DNA from: Candidatus Brockarchaeota archaeon
GTDB lineage: Archaea > Thermoproteota > EX4484-205 > JAAOZP01
Assembly (NCBI GenBank): GCA_017601245.1
Contig: JAFNJB010000014.1
Coordinates: 1 to 53,746, forward strand
Reading direction: 5' to 3'
Length of the DNA: 53,746 nt
Of this stretch, positions 9,087-17,311 are shown piece after piece (position 1 is the first letter of the stretch; each line of letters opens with the position of its first letter). Made by a program: the position numbers and the translations under genes. The notes beneath the pieces were generated by a model. That model was not told where the DNA came from, ran no database searches, and saw only the letters and a list, made by a program, of their open reading frames with translations.

Positions 9087-9512
9087 ATGTCTAGAAAGTC
9101 ATTGGTATCCCAATATAATATCGGTGAAAAAGAACTCAAAGCATTTTTAGGACCTTTAGAGGTAAACGTGATAGAGATCATCTGGAGTTCGAAAAAGCCA
9201 CTCACCGTCAGGGAGGTTTACGAGAAACTAAAGCGGAAGAGAAAGATTGCCTATACCACTGTAATGACTACGATGGATAGGCTTTATGACAAAGGATTAT
9301 TAGACAGGAGGGCTGAAAAGGGGCGTGGAGGTATTTTCTATATTTACTGGCCTAAGTTTGAGAAAAATAACTTCAAGAAGTCAGCAGTCCACGAAGTACT
9401 AAACAGCCTTATAGAGAATTTTGGCGAGATAGTTGCAAACTATTTTGTTGAAAAAATCTCTTCTAGAGACCAAGAGCTTAAACAAAAGCTTGAAAGAGCT
9501 TTAAGAAAGTAG
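9087..9512 (+). CDS. BlaI/MecI/CopY-family transcriptional repressor
   Basis: LGPLEVNVIEIIW..LTVREVYE..IAYTTVMTTMDRLYDKGLL wHTH; C-terminal dimerisation helices (LIENFG..ANYFVE). Confidence 0.93.
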   Translation: MSRKSLVSQYNIGEKELKAFLGPLEVNVIEIIWSSKKPLTVREVYEKLKRKRKIAYTTVMTTMDRLYDKGLLDRRAEKGRGGIFYIYWPKFEKNNFKKSAVHEVLNSLIENFGEIVANYFVEKISSRDQELKQKLERALRK

Positions 9513-9521
9513 TGGTTTAAT

Positions 9522-10853
9522 ATGGCAGTTTTAGAAAGCCTTCTAGTACAGTTTTTCCAACCCTATTTCTACTACTCTACGAGTATTTTAATAGTCTCAT
9601 TCATTTGCATCAAGCTGATCACTAGATATAATCTACTTCTTACCACAAGGACTAAGAGCATAATGTACTTAATTCCCCTAACCATTCCAATTTTGCTGAT
9701 TACTTTTATTTCGCCTTGGCCAACTAGATTCTTTTCTATTGAAAAGAGATTACTTTTCTATAACCAATTACTTCTTGATAATTCATTGTTAATACGGCCT
9801 TGGGGCCCCAAACCCTTCCTTCCTAATATACCGCATATTGGAAGAACAGTCTTCATCCAGCCTCTAAACCTGCTTTACACAATTGGTTTTGCATTATCTT
9901 TAACATATGTGATTTTAACATTAACTCTTGGCGATATTATAGTTAAAAAAGCTTTTCACATCATAGAGCTTAGTTCCGGAGAATATGAGCCTTTACAGAG
10001 AAAGGTTTTGGAGCTGGCTTCTAAAATGGGGATAAGTAAACCTAAGATAGGACTTGTAGAAGATTTGAGGCCAAACGCTTTCGTCGTAGGTTATGGGAAA
10101 AAGACGATGCTTGTTTTCTCATTAGGACTCTTAAAAACTCTAACGAAGAAAGAGTTGACTGCAGTAGTAGCTCACGAATTAGCACATATTAAAAACCGTG
10201 ATTTTATTTTCAAAACCTTAACGACTGCACTATCACTGTTTTCATTCTTCAATCCGTTTTCACACTTATCTGCAGTATCGGCACAAAGGGAGAGAGAAAG
10301 CTTGGCAGATGAAGATAGTGTAAAAATACTGGGAGGAACCAGCTTGCTTGTAAGGGCAATAGTTAAAATAAACAAGGTAGCTACCAAGTTACCGAGGGAA
10401 AGTTTTACAATACGCTTAACGTCGAGCCTATTCCTAACATCCCCCATTTCCTTAAGAATATTGTTTTCAACGCATCCAAAGCTCGAGTACAGGATAATGA
10501 AAATTGAGGAAATAGATAAAGTGAAAAACGTTAGTAAGGATAATATTATTTTTTCAATGTTATTGTCCGCAGTGATTATTGCAACAGGCATTTTAACCAT
10601 TTATATTCTTGCCTCTATTCAAACATCCTTCATGAGACAGTATATTCCTTGGATGATGTTTAGAATGTCTCCTCAGAAGATTTTCATTCCAAAGCCGGGC
10701 CTTAATAATATGGTAGATAATGCACGTTTACCAAGTTTTCTTAAACATAGGGATTCTGTTAACTCACTTATTCTAGGAGAAAATTTGGGAATTAAAAACT
10801 ACTTGAAGCCTCGTTCAAAAATATCTTCTAGCCATGTTATTATTTTTACTTAA
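9522..10853 (+). CDS. Membrane zinc metalloprotease, M48/M56 (HtpX/BlaR1-like)
   Basis: Several TMs, PNAF, HELAH zinc motif, ESLAD, STHP; directly follows BlaI-like gene. Confidence 0.9.
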   Translation: MAVLESLLVQFFQPYFYYSTSILIVSFICIKLITRYNLLLTTRTKSIMYLIPLTIPILLITFISPWPTRFFSIEKRLLFYNQLLLDNSLLIRPWGPKPFLPNIPHIGRTVFIQPLNLLYTIGFALSLTYVILTLTLGDIIVKKAFHIIELSSGEYEPLQRKVLELASKMGISKPKIGLVEDLRPNAFVVGYGKKTMLVFSLGLLKTLTKKELTAVVAHELAHIKNRDFIFKTLTTALSLFSFFNPFSHLSAVSAQRERESLADEDSVKILGGTSLLVRAIVKINKVATKLPRESFTIRLTSSLFLTSPISLRILFSTHPKLEYRIMKIEEIDKVKNVSKDNIIFSMLLSAVIIATGILTIYILASIQTSFMRQYIPWMMFRMSPQKIFIPKPGLNNMVDNARLPSFLKHRDSVNSLILGENLGIKNYLKPRSKISSSHVIIFT

Positions 10854-10858
10854 TATGC

Positions 10859-12091
10859 TTAGGTTAATTGTGGCCTTGCTTCAAGAGTAACAGGGACATT
10901 GAGAATTTGATTGCTTCTGATTATTGTTAGAGTAACGGTTTGGCCTGGACGAGTATACTCCTCGAGAAAAGCAAAAAGATCATCTCCATTCGAGATCTTG
11001 AACCCGTCTATCCCTATTATGATATCCCCACCAATCACAAACCTCGTTCCCTTGATTATAACATGTTTGTTTCCACCCTGAAGACCTGCTTTAGCAGCAG
11101 GCCCATTAGGCGTAGTACTGATTATAAGCCAGCCGTATGTTACATTCACATTCATTGCTTTAGCTAGATCATAAGTCACATCCATACCCGTTACTCCCAG
11201 CCAAGGATGTTGATCATAATATCCCTTTTTAATAAGGGATTCTATTTCACGTAGAATCGTATTCGACGGAATCGCAAAGCCGAGTCCTTGCGAGTCCTTT
11301 ACTATAGCAGTGGTGATTCCAACAACCTCTCCGCGTAAGTTGAGGAGCGGCCCTCCAGAATTACCCGGGTTTATTGGAGCAGTCGTCTGAATACAATTAG
11401 CTATGGGATAGCCTCCTGTAAGGTCCTCAGTAATCGTCCTGCCGAGGGCACTCACTATTCCGGAGCTCATTGAACCAGCTAAACCATAGGGATTTCCTAT
11501 GGCTACGACGGGGTCTCCTACTTTAAGCGTTGACGAGCTTACTATTTTTAGTGGCTTAAATTCCTCTAAGGGAGCTTTTACTGTTAGAACAGCAAGGTCA
11601 GAGTAAGGGTCGAATCCCTTTAAATCAGCCGGGTAAGCATTGCCACTTCTAAATCTTACAGTAATGTCGTGTGCATTGCTAACAACATGATAATTAGTAA
11701 TTACTACAAATTGGTCTTCAAAAAGGTATACGAAACCTGAGCCTTGAGTAGTGCTGTAATAGGGACGATAGAAAATATCGTATTGCACAATAGTTCCAGT
11801 TATAAGGACAACAGAGTCTCTAACTTTCTCATATAGTTCAGAAAGAGAGAAATTACCATCTGAAGTATATATCGTCACCACGCTACAGTCGGTAAACTGT
11901 ATTGCTGAAATACGGTTTTCAAGATTTGAAATCCTATTCTGAAGCTCGTTAATCCTATTTAGGATTGTTAGAATGCCAATTGAGAATCCTATTAATATTC
12001 CTATTACGATACATGCTAGAATTAAGATAATTTTTAAATCTTTGAAAGATGTTTTCACTTGGAACCCTTCGTATGGAGCGCTTTCATACAT
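10859..12091 (-). CDS. htrA: HtrA/DegP-family membrane-anchored serine protease with PDZ domain
   Basis: TNYHVV, SDLAVL, INPGNSGGPL triad motifs; N-terminal TM plus coiled coil; C-terminal PDZ (WLGV..GPAAKAGL..GDII). Confidence 0.95.
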   Translation of the reverse strand: MYESAPYEGFQVKTSFKDLKIILILACIVIGILIGFSIGILTILNRINELQNRISNLENRISAIQFTDCSVVTIYTSDGNFSLSELYEKVRDSVVLITGTIVQYDIFYRPYYSTTQGSGFVYLFEDQFVVITNYHVVSNAHDITVRFRSGNAYPADLKGFDPYSDLAVLTVKAPLEEFKPLKIVSSSTLKVGDPVVAIGNPYGLAGSMSSGIVSALGRTITEDLTGGYPIANCIQTTAPINPGNSGGPLLNLRGEVVGITTAIVKDSQGLGFAIPSNTILREIESLIKKGYYDQHPWLGVTGMDVTYDLAKAMNVNVTYGWLIISTTPNGPAAKAGLQGGNKHVIIKGTRFVIGGDIIIGIDGFKISNGDDLFAFLEEYTRPGQTVTLTIIRSNQILNVPVTLEARPQLT

Positions 12092-12098
12092 TCCAAGC

Positions 12099-12115
12099 TA
12101 CTATTATCAGTAGTA
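12099..12115. promoter_or_regulatory. Putative BlaI-family operator, site 4 (TACTAT-TATCA-GTAGTA)
   Basis: 11/12 match, between minus-strand TATA CTTATTAA (~12129-12122) and htrA ATG 12091. Confidence 0.75.
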
Positions 12116-12161
12116 GGCTATTAATAAGCATTTCTGAAAAATGGTAAAGAAATCAGTAAAA

Positions 12162-12235
12162 TGCGGCGTCCGGGATTTGAACCCGGGTTACCAGCGTGGC
12201 AGGCTGATGTCCTAACCAGACTAGACGAACGCCGC
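12162..12235 (-). tRNA. tRNA-Gly(GCC)
   Basis: GCGGCGT/ACGCCGC-A acceptor stem, anticodon loop CT-GCC-AC, T-loop GTTCAAATC. Confidence 0.97.
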
Positions 12236-12362
12236 CTACTATTTAAGAAACAGAAGGGGGATAAAAATTTTATTCCAAGAAGGATTATGAAACAGCCTTA
12301 TTTTTCTGAATTCTAATCTTATTTGAACTAAGTTTATATACCCTACTTTAGTTGTAGCTTCA

Positions 12363-12935
12363 ATGGACCTAACACCACTGTTCGCATCTTTAATACTGGT
12401 TACTCTCGCCGAGTTGGGTGATAAAACTCAGCTGGCTATTATCACCCTATCCTCGTGCTTCAACGCATTAAATGTCTTTATTGGAGCAATTCTTGCATTA
12501 ATCTTAGTTTCTGGAGTAGGCGTGGTCATCGGCGATTTCTTAGCTGTATTCATACCACAATATTTGGTGAACATCATGTCTGCTGTACTCTTCCTACTCT
12601 TTGGCCTCTTTATTATCCTAACGAGGAATAAGGAAGAGGGTTTTAAAAAGCTCGACGCTAAATGTGGTCTACTATCCGTCTTCTCCATGGTTGCTTTAAT
12701 GGAGCTTGGAGATAAGACTCAGATAGCTGTAATCGCTCTCGCAGCAGAGTATAACGCACTCCTACTCGTTTACATAGGAGTGAACATCTCCTTCATCCTA
12801 CTGACTGGACTAGGGGTTTTATTGGGTAAAACCCTAATACGGCTAATTCCCGTGAAATCCATTAAGATCGTAAGCGGAACGATCTTCCTATTATTCGGAA
12901 CCTTCCTACTACTCAATACTTTACGGACTTTCTGA
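12363..12935 (+). CDS. TMEM165/GDT1 (UPF0016) family Mn2+/Ca2+ transporter
   Basis: Two ELGDKTQ motifs, about 6 TMs. Confidence 0.95.
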   Translation: MDLTPLFASLILVTLAELGDKTQLAIITLSSCFNALNVFIGAILALILVSGVGVVIGDFLAVFIPQYLVNIMSAVLFLLFGLFIILTRNKEEGFKKLDAKCGLLSVFSMVALMELGDKTQIAVIALAAEYNALLLVYIGVNISFILLTGLGVLLGKTLIRLIPVKSIKIVSGTIFLLFGTFLLLNTLRTF

Positions 12936-13017
12936 GGGAAAAATACTCATCATACAAATTTTAGAAAACCCCATGTCAAAAATCTTAATAAACAGCCATA
13001 CGATTAAAAAACCGTAA

Positions 13018-13116
13018 GCGGGGGTTGCCGAGCCTGGTCAAACGGGACTGACCAAAGGCGCTGGACTTAAGATCCAGTCCCGTAGGGGTTCGTGGGTTCA
13101 AATCCCACCCCCCGCA
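13018..13116 (+). tRNA. tRNA-Leu(TAA) with 14-nt non-canonical intron (13042-13055, position 21/22)
   Basis: GCGGGGG/CCCCCGC-A acceptor, CTGGA-CTTAAGA-TCCAG anticodon arm, long variable arm; removing ACGGGACTGACCAA restores a normal D-arm. Confidence 0.95.
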
Positions 13117-13121
13117 TTTCT

Positions 13122-13373
13122 CTAAAATAACCATACTACGACTTCATCTCCCAAGTCATCCACTTCCTCGAGTTCGTAATCTTTGATATCCTTCACTTCT
13201 AGTCCTTAGCCGAGGATCCGCGTCACGAGTCCTCGCTCAATCATCCTGTTGACTAACGAATGTAATAGATTTTTCATCGCCCCGAAATCGATGTCGTACA
13301 CACCTCCATTAACTATCTTGTTTGCTATCTTGCATCCTAATTTGCAGAACAGGGTAATTTGATGAACAACCAT
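13122..13373 (-). pseudogene. Small orphan ORF with in-frame TAA (13206-13208)
   Basis: MVVHQITLFCKLGCK...RILG*GLEVKDIKDYELEEVDDLGDEVVVWLF*; TAATG coupling to the upstream ORF. Confidence 0.45.
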
Positions 13374-13558
13374 TACCTTCTTACCTTGCGCCACTTTTTC
13401 ACCTCAGGATGGTTTGCAAATCTATCTCTGAGGGCCTTTCCATGCTCCTCAAGGGCTTTCTCGACTTCCTCGAGAGTGTTGCGATACCTTATCGCTGCGG
13501 AGCGAACTTCATCAAATAACTTGATACCGATGAGGTGAGCCTTTGTTTCTATAGCCAT
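13373..13558 (-). CDS. Small hypothetical helical protein (element remnant)
   Basis: 61-aa charged ORF with TAAATG start context and TAATG overlap with the next ORF. Confidence 0.55.
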   Translation of the reverse strand: MAIETKAHLIGIKLFDEVRSAAIRYRNTLEEVEKALEEHGKALRDRFANHPEVKKWRKVRR

Positions 13559-13758
13559 TTATCTCTTTATGCTTAAGCCTATGGTGAACACTACAAATCA
13601 ACAGCTCAAAATCACCTTTTTTCAGAAACCCTGCCCCAGGCTCATTAGGGTACGAGTCAAAAGGTCTTCTAAAAGTCCCTTTGCAAGCATTGTAAAAGAG
13701 CAGGATTCTAACCATTACCCTTATTCGCATTTAAAGCTTGAATAAACCCTCCAATACA

Positions 13759-13795
13759 GGTTCGCTGGTTTAAATCCACTCCTGCATTTTCCTAA
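13759..13795 (+). repeat. Degenerate direct repeat of tRNA-Leu 3' end (att-like)
   Basis: GGTTCGCTGGTTTAAATCCACTCCTGCATTTTCCTAA vs 13087-13125 GGTTCGTGGGTTCAAATCCCACCCCCCGCATTTCTCTAA; about 30/39 identical by hand alignment. Confidence 0.65.
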
Positions 13796-13842
13796 GCCTT
13801 GTTTTCTAAATACTTATATTCTTCATCTATGCTCTATAGCCT

Positions 13843-14466
13843 ATGAGTTCTGATAATCTTGAAAAGCATTCTATTGCTAAAGAATCTTCAAAGGCGATAG
13901 TTAAAGTTGTGGTTTACATTGTTCTTTATGTTGCTGTTACAATGATTATACAATACCTGTTCTTCAGCTTCCTGCCTCAATACGGTATAAATATCACAGA
14001 CTATGCTGTTTACGCTAATATTCTGATAGCCCTGGCATTTGGTTACCTTATTGTAAGCGGCATAGCTAACTTCATCTATTGGACTCTTAGGGTTAAGTAT
14101 ACTCATCCCACGGCTGCAGCCGTTAGGAATGTTATTAAAATCATAGGTATAGGTGGACTCGCCGCCGCTATTGCTGGCGGTGTCGCCGGTGGTGCCGCCG
14201 GCGTAGCTCTCGGAGGATTCTTAGGTATGGTAATAGGCTTCGCAACCCAACAAGTATTGGGGCAGGCGGTTGCAGGCCTATTTGTACTCATAGTCAGGCC
14301 TTTTAAAATAGGCGACTCTGTGATTGTTGCCGGCGAGGAGGGTATTGTCGAAGACGTTGCTACTCTTTTCACCACTGTTATCAAAAGCGATGGGACAAGG
14401 GCTTTAATACCGAATAATACAGTATTAAGTGGAAAAATATACGTTAAGCAGCAAAAACAGGATTAA
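13843..14466 (+). CDS. mscS: Small-conductance mechanosensitive channel (MscS family)
   Basis: Gly/Ala-rich TM3, IGFATQQVLGQAVAG..RPFKIGD, EGIVEDV, IPNN. Confidence 0.92.
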   Translation: MSSDNLEKHSIAKESSKAIVKVVVYIVLYVAVTMIIQYLFFSFLPQYGINITDYAVYANILIALAFGYLIVSGIANFIYWTLRVKYTHPTAAAVRNVIKIIGIGGLAAAIAGGVAGGAAGVALGGFLGMVIGFATQQVLGQAVAGLFVLIVRPFKIGDSVIVAGEEGIVEDVATLFTTVIKSDGTRALIPNNTVLSGKIYVKQQKQD

Positions 14467-14519
14467 ATTAATGTTGCACTTCTAGAAACCTAAATAAGTC
14501 TCTGTATTCCTAAATTTTC

Positions 14520-14578
14520 GGACAATGAGGAGATCGAGGTACGAGGACTTGGTGACTGGTTTTTCCGCTTCCGAGTCC
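14520..14578 (+). ncRNA. Candidate C/D-box sRNA
   Basis: Terminal stem GGAC/GTCC, C box ATGAGGA, D' ACGA, C' TTGGTGA, D CCGA; ATCGAGGTA complementary to conserved 23S UACCUCGAU; TATA-like TAAATAAG about 25 nt upstream. Confidence 0.6.
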
Positions 14579-14721
14579 TAAATTCATCTCTTCTAAAATC
14601 GCTACTCAAACGTTAATTAAAAACTTCAAAAATAGCCTTATGAGATTATGATAATACTTTAGGATATTTCTTAGATACGTGGTGCATTTTAACAAAAAGG
14701 TCTGAAAAGCAGAATATTATC

Positions 14722-16152
14722 CTATAGCATAATGCTCTGGCTTGATGGACTTTTCTCTCTCCGTGAAAAGATTTTTGCAACCTTCCCTTTCTTCCTTAAT
14801 TCCTCAATGTTGGAAGCTCCGGCATAGCCCATTGCTGCCCTTATTCCTGAAGTGAATTCGCCTATGACTGAGGCCACGTCTCCACGGTATGGAACCCATA
14901 TTTCAGTTCCTTCAGGTATTTCCTTAGAAAAAGTTGCATAACGGTCTAGTGCCATTCTCTTCTGTCTTGCTGATTGACTACCCATCCCCCTATGTAGTTT
15001 AAAATACTTGCCGTTTATTATAGTCATCGGACTAGGGCTCTCCTTGCAACCTGCTAATACATATCCGAGCATGGCACAGGATGCTCCAAATGCTATTGCT
15101 AGTGCAACGTCTCCAGGACTTCTAATCCCACCGTCTGCAATAACCGGTATCTTTAAGCCCAATTCTTCGAGAGCGTCTGCAGCCTGTGAAACTGCATAAA
15201 GCGTGGGTGCTCCCGCTCTAGTAACCTCCGTGGTTATGCAGACAGAGCCGCTTCCAATACCTACTCTAAGCCCTGCAACATCCTCTATTCTAGATATTGA
15301 GTCCAAGACCCCCTGTTTAGTGCCTAGGTTCCCTATTACAATGTCGATGCCAACTTCTCTAGTAAGCCTCCGCGTTGCCTCTATCACGTTCTTATTGTGG
15401 AAGTGTGCGACATCTATTACTAAGGCGTCTGCATATTTTGCAAGAAGCTTTGCCCTATCCAGGTCAAAAGGAGACACGGCTGCGGCAACTCTCAGCCTAC
15501 CTTCGGAGTCTCTAGAAGCATCTTTATACTCTCCTCTTAAAGCCACGTCCTTGTAAGTTATTAATCCAATAAGCTGGTTATCATTATCTACAACCGGAAG
15601 CTTCTCAACTCTATGTTTCTTCATCAATTCAACAGCTTCTTCAGGAGTTACAGTAGGACCCGCTACTACAACGTCTTTAGTCATGGCCTCCTCAACCCTT
15701 ATCGAAGGGTCTGTAAACCTCACATCTCTACCTGTTATTATCCCGATAAGCTTTCTTCCTTCAACCACTGGGAGGCCAGATATCTTATGCTTCTTCATAA
15801 GCTCTGCAGCCTCTCCAACGGTAGCTTCTTTGTTTATTGTTATGACGTCCTTGATTATGAAAGACTCCGCCCTCTTAACTGCCTTGACCATTTCCAGCTC
15901 TTCCTCTGCTGAACAGTTCCTGTGCACGACGCCTAATCCACCATGTCTTGCGAGGGCTATTGCCATTTCAGACTCCGTTACAGTATCCATTGGTGAAGAT
16001 ACTAAGGGGATGTTTATTGGGATGTTTTTTGAAAAACTAGTTCTCAAATCTATATCTTTAGGCTCTACTTGTGAAAAACCCGGTAACAGTATTACGTCTT
16101 CAAAGTTGAAAGCAGTTTCTGCCTTCTCAAACTTTTCTTGGAACGCCCCCAT
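14722..16152 (-). CDS. guaB: IMP dehydrogenase with CBS pair
   Basis: SSPMDTVTE, CBS domains, GIGSGSVCIT catalytic Cys loop, IADGGI, RGMGS, flap RY dyad. Confidence 0.95.
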   Translation of the reverse strand: MGAFQEKFEKAETAFNFEDVILLPGFSQVEPKDIDLRTSFSKNIPINIPLVSSPMDTVTESEMAIALARHGGLGVVHRNCSAEEELEMVKAVKRAESFIIKDVITINKEATVGEAAELMKKHKISGLPVVEGRKLIGIITGRDVRFTDPSIRVEEAMTKDVVVAGPTVTPEEAVELMKKHRVEKLPVVDNDNQLIGLITYKDVALRGEYKDASRDSEGRLRVAAAVSPFDLDRAKLLAKYADALVIDVAHFHNKNVIEATRRLTREVGIDIVIGNLGTKQGVLDSISRIEDVAGLRVGIGSGSVCITTEVTRAGAPTLYAVSQAADALEELGLKIPVIADGGIRSPGDVALAIAFGASCAMLGYVLAGCKESPSPMTIINGKYFKLHRGMGSQSARQKRMALDRYATFSKEIPEGTEIWVPYRGDVASVIGEFTSGIRAAMGYAGASNIEELRKKGKVAKIFSRREKSPSSQSIML

Positions 16153-16223
16153 ATTCAACTAATTAAAAGCCTCGGATTATAAGTCTTTTCAAGCGATTTT
16201 TTAAAAAGTGGAACATAGGTATT

Positions 16224-16823
16224 TTAACGCGATGCTTCAGCATGTCTCTCAAGCTCTTTCTTCCTTGTAACCGCATAGCTTGAATCATCGTTATTCGCCG
16301 CGTTTATTATTTCTTCGGCAAGCGCTTCCGCTATAGTCTTCCTACTCTTAAAGCTCTTCATCTTAGCCCCGTCTACAATATTCCTTATTGCTAAATCCAC
16401 TCTTCTACCGGGTGAAATATCTACCGACTGGTAATACACTATGCCACCGTAGCTTACCCTCGTAGTGTCTTCCCTAGGAGCCGAGTTTATGAGTGCCTTT
16501 ACAAGGATTTCTATCGGGTTTTTACCTGTTTGAAGGCTTATTATTTCAAAAGCATCCTTGACTATGTTTATTGCCTTGGCTTTCCTACCTCCAGCCCTAG
16601 CCGTTTGAGCCAGCCTATTTACTAGCCTTTCGACAATATTCACGTTGTACTTCCAGAACTTCCTCTTTTCATGCCTGCCACCGGAATGAGGAATTCTAAC
16701 TGGCTTTAGACTTATCACTTGAGCTAATCCAGGATCATTAACCTCTATGCCCTCGAAGCTCCACTTATCGAATAGCTTACACTCTATGCTTGGCTTAGAC
16801 AAGCCCAGGCAGGCATTTGCCAC
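16224..16823 (-). CDS. rps7: 30S ribosomal protein S7 (uS7)
   Basis: PHSGGRH, IVERLVN, NSAPRED, VDISPGRRVDLA; start may be TTG 16802. Confidence 0.97.
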   Translation of the reverse strand: MANACLGLSKPSIECKLFDKWSFEGIEVNDPGLAQVISLKPVRIPHSGGRHEKRKFWKYNVNIVERLVNRLAQTARAGGRKAKAINIVKDAFEIISLQTGKNPIEILVKALINSAPREDTTRVSYGGIVYYQSVDISPGRRVDLAIRNIVDGAKMKSFKSRKTIAEALAEEIINAANNDDSSYAVTRKKELERHAEASR

Positions 16824-16840
16824 TGAGCCTATAAAAAGCT

Positions 16841-17275
16841 TTACCTCGTAGGCTTCTGTTTCTTACCCTTCAGAAGCGCGTCTAGGGATACCCCGTTTAC
16901 GCTTATGACCTTATACCTTACCCCCGGAATATCTCCCATAGACCTGCCCAATGAACCACCTATGCCAGCGATTATTACTTCATCTCTCTCATTTATGAAG
17001 TTCAGAGCACCGTCTTTGGGGACGAATGCAGTAACCTCCTTCCCGTTTTTTATCAATTGGACTCTCACACATTTCCTGACGGCGCTATTCGGTTGCTTGC
17101 TTGCTATCCCAACTTTCTCCAATACTATGCCTCTCGCCATTGGAGCTCCTTCAAGAGGATCATAGAGCTCCTTTAGCCTTAAGACCCTTTTAGTATAGTA
17201 TCTAGAGCTCCATCTAAACTTCTTACGTATGAGTATTAGCTTCCTGGCTGCGAATTCTCCCTTGCCCAATCTCAA
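16841..17275 (-). CDS. rps12: 30S ribosomal protein S12 (uS12)
   Basis: [30 protein letters not shown]. Confidence 0.98.
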   Translation of the reverse strand: MRLGKGEFAARKLILIRKKFRWSSRYYTKRVLRLKELYDPLEGAPMARGIVLEKVGIASKQPNSAVRKCVRVQLIKNGKEVTAFVPKDGALNFINERDEVIIAGIGGSLGRSMGDIPGVRYKVISVNGVSLDALLKGKKQKPTR

Positions 17276-17311
17276 GGTTCCGTAGGGCAGGGACCTTATT
17301 AAGTTTCCTTT

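Larger units (their letters stand above)
13087..13795. mobile_element. Decayed integrated element remnant at the tRNA-Leu 3' end
   Basis: Degenerate copy of tRNA 3' end at 13759-13795; short coupled orphan ORFs and a pseudogene in between; no integrase. Confidence 0.6.

Noticed and set aside
12327-12353. AACTAA..TTAGTT inverted repeat around the TATA box of the TMEM165 gene (possible metal-regulator box)
   Set aside because: Only 6 bp in AT-rich DNA, single occurrence, no cognate regulator in the window
13512-13730. 72-aa ORF inside the tRNA-Leu remnant
   Set aside because: No recognisable features and overlaps the next ORF out of frame; likely decayed sequence
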